From an uncultured Candidatus Actinomarina sp. (GTDB taxonomy: Bacteria > Actinomycetota > Acidimicrobiia > Actinomarinales > Actinomarinaceae): a DNA stretch of 64,000 nucleotides. Under the pieces are notes generated by a model. The model made no database searches. It was not told where the DNA came from and was given only the letters and a program-made list of their open reading frames with translations. The stretch is from assembly GCA_902635945.1 (NCBI GenBank), contig CACPPU010000004.1, positions 2,820 to 66,819 of the forward strand, given 5' to 3'. Below are positions 59,848 to 64,000 of this stretch, one piece after another. The position numbers and the translations under genes are program-made. Positions within the stretch are counted from its first letter, which is position 1. Each line of letters begins with the position of its first letter.

Positions 59848-60879
59848 ATGCAATTAAACATTTACTACGTAGCATTCTTGTCGATAGCATTATCTGGAGT
59901 ATTTAATTGGATTATCCTGTATATAACCAAAAAATATAGTTTTAAAAAGTCATCTTTACTGAATGAAAAACGATTAGTAAATAAAAATACTCCCCCTCTT
60001 GGAGGAGTTGCTTCTGCTGCGGCATTCTTTATTTCAGTAAATTTTTTAGGTAGTGCAGATTACAACTTTATAATTATTGGTGCTTTTAGTTTATTAATCT
60101 CTATCCTTGGATCAATTGATGATTTTTTTAACCTTAGTTGGAAGATAAAACTTTTTTTTCAAAGTATTTTCGTGACAATACCAATAATATATTTGAACAT
60201 ATTTTTAAATATTGAATCTTTATTAAATCTAGATTTAAATAATTCTTTTAACTTTTTAATATCCGTACTTTGGGTTATTTTGATAATTAATTCAATTAAT
60301 TTTATTGATAATATGGATGGCTTAGCGGTGGTTGTAACTGGAAGTATATGCTACCAATCAATACTGTTAACTTATTCTTTAAATCAGAATAAATTAACAG
60401 ACCTATCAGTTGTATTGTTGTTCGTAATTTTAGGTTTTTTTATTTACAATTTTCCCCCAGCAAAATTGTATCTTGGAGATTCAGGAAGTTTATTTATTGG
60501 ATTTTGTTTAGGTTTTTTAAGCATTCTTTTTACATGGAACACAGAACAAGATTATCTTCTTAGTTATACATTGAGTCCTATACTTTTGTTTTTTACAATT
60601 CCTTTATTGGATTTCTTGGTAATAATGTGGCATAGAATAAGTAACGGAAGATCCCCAACTCAAGGTGGAACAGATCATATATCTCACAGGTTACTTGCTA
60701 AAGGTTTTACAGAAAAAAAAGTTCTATTTTTATTTTTTACTTATAGCGCATTGAATTTTTTGCTAATAATAGGTTATGTGTTTTTAAATAGTACCTTTTC
60801 GTTAATTATATTATTTGCCTATTTTTTACAATTCATTTTTCTATTTAACTATTTTCGTAAATTAGACGTATTAAGCTAA
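59848..60879 (+). CDS. MraY/WecA-family polyprenyl-phosphate HexNAc-1-phosphate transferase
   Basis: About 10 TM with DDFFNL, NSINFIDNMDGL, and LGDSGSLFIGF. Confidence 0.85.
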   Translation: MQLNIYYVAFLSIALSGVFNWIILYITKKYSFKKSSLLNEKRLVNKNTPPLGGVASAAAFFISVNFLGSADYNFIIIGAFSLLISILGSIDDFFNLSWKIKLFFQSIFVTIPIIYLNIFLNIESLLNLDLNNSFNFLISVLWVILIINSINFIDNMDGLAVVVTGSICYQSILLTYSLNQNKLTDLSVVLLFVILGFFIYNFPPAKLYLGDSGSLFIGFCLGFLSILFTWNTEQDYLLSYTLSPILLFFTIPLLDFLVIMWHRISNGRSPTQGGTDHISHRLLAKGFTEKKVLFLFFTYSALNFLLIIGYVFLNSTFSLIILFAYFLQFIFLFNYFRKLDVLS

Positions 60880-61590
60880 TAAGTCCTCTAATTCAATAAT
60901 TCTATCCGGTGTTCCAGCATCAACCCACCAACCCTCAAATTCAACATTGGTGCATTTTTTTTCATCTATATATATATTTATTAGGTCAGTTATTTCATAC
61001 TCACCTCTTGAAGACGGAGATAGTTTCCTTATATTGTCCATAGCAAACGAATCAAATAAATAGAGCCCTACAACTGCTAAATTGCTTTTTGGTTTTTCTG
61101 GCTTTTCCTCAATGTGTATGACATTGCCCAACTCATCTACGGATGCTACTCCAAATTCATTAGGGTTAGTAACTCTTGTTGTAAAAATAATACATCCACC
61201 TTCATTACTAAAATTGTTAAAATCAATCCCATTAATTAAATTTTCTTCAAAAAAATTGTCACCCAAAACAAAGATTATTATGTCACCGGTATCGATATAT
61301 TGTTCTGCTTTTGAAAATGCGTGTGAAATTCCTTTTGGATTATCCTGAATTGAATAGTTGATAATCAGTTCTGGAAATGCTTTTGAAGTAACTTCCTTAA
61401 TTAGAGAATCGAAATTTGGATTAGTAATAATGACGAATTCTTCAACGCCCCATTGATTTAATTGATTAATTTGTTGATTAATCATAGGAATTTTATTCAC
61501 TTCTAATAAGACTTTAGTTTTATCATTATCTCTAAAACCCTGCAACCTTGTTCCTAAGCCTCCAGCAGCAATAACACATTTAATTCCCAT
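60871..61590 (-). CDS. Sugar-1-phosphate nucleotidyltransferase (RmlA/GalU-like short form)
   Basis: IAAGGLGTRL, VLGDNFF, EKPEKPKSNLAVVGLY, and W.DAGTPD. Confidence 0.75.
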   Translation of the reverse strand: MGIKCVIAAGGLGTRLQGFRDNDKTKVLLEVNKIPMINQQINQLNQWGVEEFVIITNPNFDSLIKEVTSKAFPELIINYSIQDNPKGISHAFSKAEQYIDTGDIIIFVLGDNFFEENLINGIDFNNFSNEGGCIIFTTRVTNPNEFGVASVDELGNVIHIEEKPEKPKSNLAVVGLYLFDSFAMDNIRKLSPSSRGEYEITDLINIYIDEKKCTNVEFEGWWVDAGTPDRIIELEDLLA

Positions 61591-61631
61591 TACAAAATTA
61601 TTATATAGTTATACTTTAAATTTGGTTAAAT

Positions 61632-62750
61632 ATGAGCAATCGAAATAGATATTATTACTTGCTAATTGGGATAGTTGCTATAGGCATATCCGCTTATTTA
61701 TTTATTTTTCCCAATTTTGAAACAACACAGTTTGATGCAGAAACTATTGAAAATATATCCAAAGGTGTAACAACTACTAGTCCTGGAATGGAAAATTCAG
61801 ATCAAATCAACGAAGATATCAATAGTGAGAATATTGACATAGCAAAGGAAAACCCCTCTACAGTAAACAAATTTTTAGAAAACTCAACTGCTGATAAAAA
61901 TATAGATGGTTATAGCGTATATTTGTTAATCGGATCAGATGAGAGAAGTGCAGACTCTTCTGCTTCAAGGGGGTATGTTGAAGGGGCTAGAGCAGATGTT
62001 ATTATTTTAGGATTAATTGGGGAGGATTCAGATACAAATCACTTGATATCAATACCTAGAGATGTGCTAATCAGCAACCCATGCACAAAAGAAGTAGCGA
62101 GAATAAATTCTACATTTATTAAAAATGATTGTGGAAATAAGGCAGAAAATCTTGCAGCTTCAATAAATAATTTAACCGGAATAAAAATCAATCACTTTGC
62201 AAGCTTTAATTTCGAAGGTTTTGAACAAATTATTGATTCATTTAATGGAGTTGAAATTTGTGTAGATAAAACACAGCGAGAGGGATTTTCTTTTGAACTT
62301 CAAAAAGGTTGCCAAACAGTTAATGGCTCTACAGCTTTAAATTGGGTTGTTTCAAGAAACACTGAGGTTCTTGTAGGTGAAAAAGTGCTTGATGATAGTG
62401 GAAACGATCAATCTGAATGGATAACCATGAGTGGTGTTAGTGATCTTTCAAGAAACCAAAGACAACAATACATCATATTGCAATTATTGAATGAAGTTAA
62501 AGACTTCAGTAGCTTAAATGAACTAACTTTGTTTATAAAAGCACTTGAAGATACTTTTGTTATCGATGAGAATCTTACGTTAAATAAAGCCGTTAATCTC
62601 TTATGGAGTTTTAGAGGAGTAGACTTAGACAGTATCAAACAACATTCACTACCAGTAGAAAACTATGAACTTACCGATGGTAGACAAGTTTTGATAATGA
62701 CTGAAAACTTTTCTGAATTTGCAGCTTCTGTTGGTATATTGGATAATTAA
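61632..62750 (+). CDS. LytR-CpsA-Psr (LCP) family glycopolymer-peptidoglycan ligase
   Basis: N-terminal TM, then LLIGSDERS...RADVIILGLI...ISIPRDV...INHFASFNFEGF (LCP core blocks). Confidence 0.8.
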   Translation: MSNRNRYYYLLIGIVAIGISAYLFIFPNFETTQFDAETIENISKGVTTTSPGMENSDQINEDINSENIDIAKENPSTVNKFLENSTADKNIDGYSVYLLIGSDERSADSSASRGYVEGARADVIILGLIGEDSDTNHLISIPRDVLISNPCTKEVARINSTFIKNDCGNKAENLAASINNLTGIKINHFASFNFEGFEQIIDSFNGVEICVDKTQREGFSFELQKGCQTVNGSTALNWVVSRNTEVLVGEKVLDDSGNDQSEWITMSGVSDLSRNQRQQYIILQLLNEVKDFSSLNELTLFIKALEDTFVIDENLTLNKAVNLLWSFRGVDLDSIKQHSLPVENYELTDGRQVLIMTENFSEFAASVGILDN

Positions 62751-64000
62751 TTATTTAAAGTATCACTCATTAAAAAAATTGGTATTAACCAAAAATATAT
62801 CGCAACGTCTGGAGCATAAATCAAATCATTTGTTAGATTTTGAGTTAAAAGCATTAATAAAATTACAATTTCAAAATTATATTGTTTTTTAAAATATTTA
62901 AAAACTAAATAAAGAATGCCTAAAACAATAATAAGAACTGGTAAAAGCCCATACTCAACAGACATTGTTAAAAATCCATTATGAGATGTTGTAATTTCGT
63001 CATACTGTGAAAGGGTAAATTCAGATATTGAAGAATTAAACTTTCCGTCCTCAAAAATTAATTTACCAGATCTTAAACTCTGACCTCCTAGAAAGTTGCT
63101 ATATCCACTAACAACATCTTCAACCCAGAAGAAATACATCCTTCCATCGATAATTGACCATTTCCATGACTGATTATTTACGCTTCCACCTTCAGGCAGA
63201 ATTGAACTTTGACTAAATAATGTTTCATTGCCTTTTGGTATATTATTCAATTCAAGTTGAATAATTATCTCAAAATCTTGTCCAGAAATATTGTTTTCAT
63301 TTGGCAAAGCAATCCAATAACTTCTAGGGCGCTTTAGTTTTATTGCATCATCTTTATAAACAATTTTTCCATCATTTCTATTGTCATAATATTGATCAGA
63401 CATGGGTAAGTAGATAAAATATTCTACATCCCGATTACTCTCGGTAAAATATATTTCTTCAAAAGTATTAACTGTATTTATATTTACTTTTTTAATATAA
63501 CCATCTAAATATGACCCACCAGGAGATTGTCCATCAGCAAATCCTCCAACTTCAAAAAATGAAGTGTTCTCAATTAGATTTATTACTAAACCACTTGTGT
63601 GGTCTGAGCCAATCTGATTCCAATTTAATTCATCATTTGAGTAATAAAAAGAAACTACAGATCTAGGAAGAAATGTATCCCTATAATCAAATTTTAACTT
63701 TAAAAATCCACTAGCAGGAGAATCCTCAAAAACATTGGTTTGGTTTTCAGTTGAAATTAAGTCATTATTTGTATAAACAATATTAAATTCCTCTTTTAGA
63801 ACATCTTTATCTAATGTAATCAAATAATCTTTATAAACTTCTTTCACATAATTACCACCTCCAGATCCAGTTACAATCTCTACATTATTAATTCCAAGTG
63901 TGTTTAAAAAAGATCTATTAGATTGTTTTAAAAATATTGAAGGATACAGGTAAACAATTATTAACAAGAAAATTAATCCAACTGTAAAAGTTTTAATTTT
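62747..64000 (-). CDS. Membrane protein with a large, possibly lectin/LamG-like ectodomain and a Wzy_C-like C-terminal segment (N-terminus off window)
   Basis: The reading frame stays open to position 64000 (..KIKTFTVGLIFLLIIVYLYP = N-terminal TM). About 330 aa are predicted external. The C-terminus SHNGFLTMSVEYGLLPVLIIVL plus 2 TM resembles the HNxxLxxxxExG block of O-antigen ligases. Confidence 0.45.
   Translation of the reverse strand, partial: KIKTFTVGLIFLLIIVYLYPSIFLKQSNRSFLNTLGINNVEIVTGSGGGNYVKEVYKDYLITLDKDVLKEEFNIVYTNNDLISTENQTNVFEDSPASGFLKLKFDYRDTFLPRSVVSFYYSNDELNWNQIGSDHTSGLVINLIENTSFFEVGGFADGQSPGGSYLDGYIKKVNINTVNTFEEIYFTESNRDVEYFIYLPMSDQYYDNRNDGKIVYKDDAIKLKRPRSYWIALPNENNISGQDFEIIIQLELNNIPKGNETLFSQSSILPEGGSVNNQSWKWSIIDGRMYFFWVEDVVSGYSNFLGGQSLRSGKLIFEDGKFNSSISEFTLSQYDEITTSHNGFLTMSVEYGLLPVLIIVLGILYLVFKYFKKQYNFEIVILLMLLTQNLTNDLIYAPDVAIYFWLIPIFLMSDTLNN

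Noticed and set aside
35350-64000. Glycan island as an integrated mobile element or prophage
   Set aside because: I saw no integrase, transposase, tRNA target, direct repeats or phage genes. The left junction is a 17-nt overlap with ppc.

Overview
AT-rich, extremely gene-dense bacterial chromosome segment. Most neighbouring genes abut or overlap, and nearly all convergent gene ends overlap. Inferred host: a low-GC, streamlined actinobacterium, possibly of the marine Acidimicrobiia / 'Ca. Actinomarinales' type. This rests on gene content: mraZ next to a DUF3040-like gene, a Nif3/COG1579/RNase H module, MMPL, LCP, F420-type LLM enzymes, a mycobacterial-type LeuB and a DEDDh-GIY-YIG nuclease. 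Positions 1-35.3 kb look like core genome. They hold the 5' end of the dcw operon (partial mraZ) with a promoter covered by phased AAAGTGT repeats; a minus-strand array queG-ilvD-phosphoesterase-ROK kinase-LLM-aminotransferase-ltaE; an ilvBNC-leuAB operon preceded by a Leu/Ile/Val-rich leader peptide and an intrinsic terminator; a nitroreductase, a TrmH methyltransferase and a DnaQ/GIY-YIG nuclease; a complete System I cytochrome c maturation operon (ccmABC-EFH-TPR-G, no ccmD); RNase P RNA (type A); an F420-type LLM oxidoreductase abutting a TauE permease; RNase HI/COG1579/Nif3; an MMPL transporter; an M15 peptidase; and ppc. From 35.35 kb to the right edge lies a cell-surface glycan biosynthesis island of about 26 genes. 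It has nucleotide-sugar enzymes, 7 glycosyltransferases, 2 initiating phosphoglycosyl transferases, 2 Wzy-like proteins, 1 Wzx, an AsnB-like amidotransferase, a heparinase II/III-like protein, an LCP ligase and an odd membrane protein. I saw no tRNA, rRNA, CRISPR array, transposase, integrase, prophage or recognisable defence system. I regard the glycan island and the unexpected System I ccm operon as the most interesting parts. All functional calls come from motif recognition by eye on the supplied translations; no database search was run.
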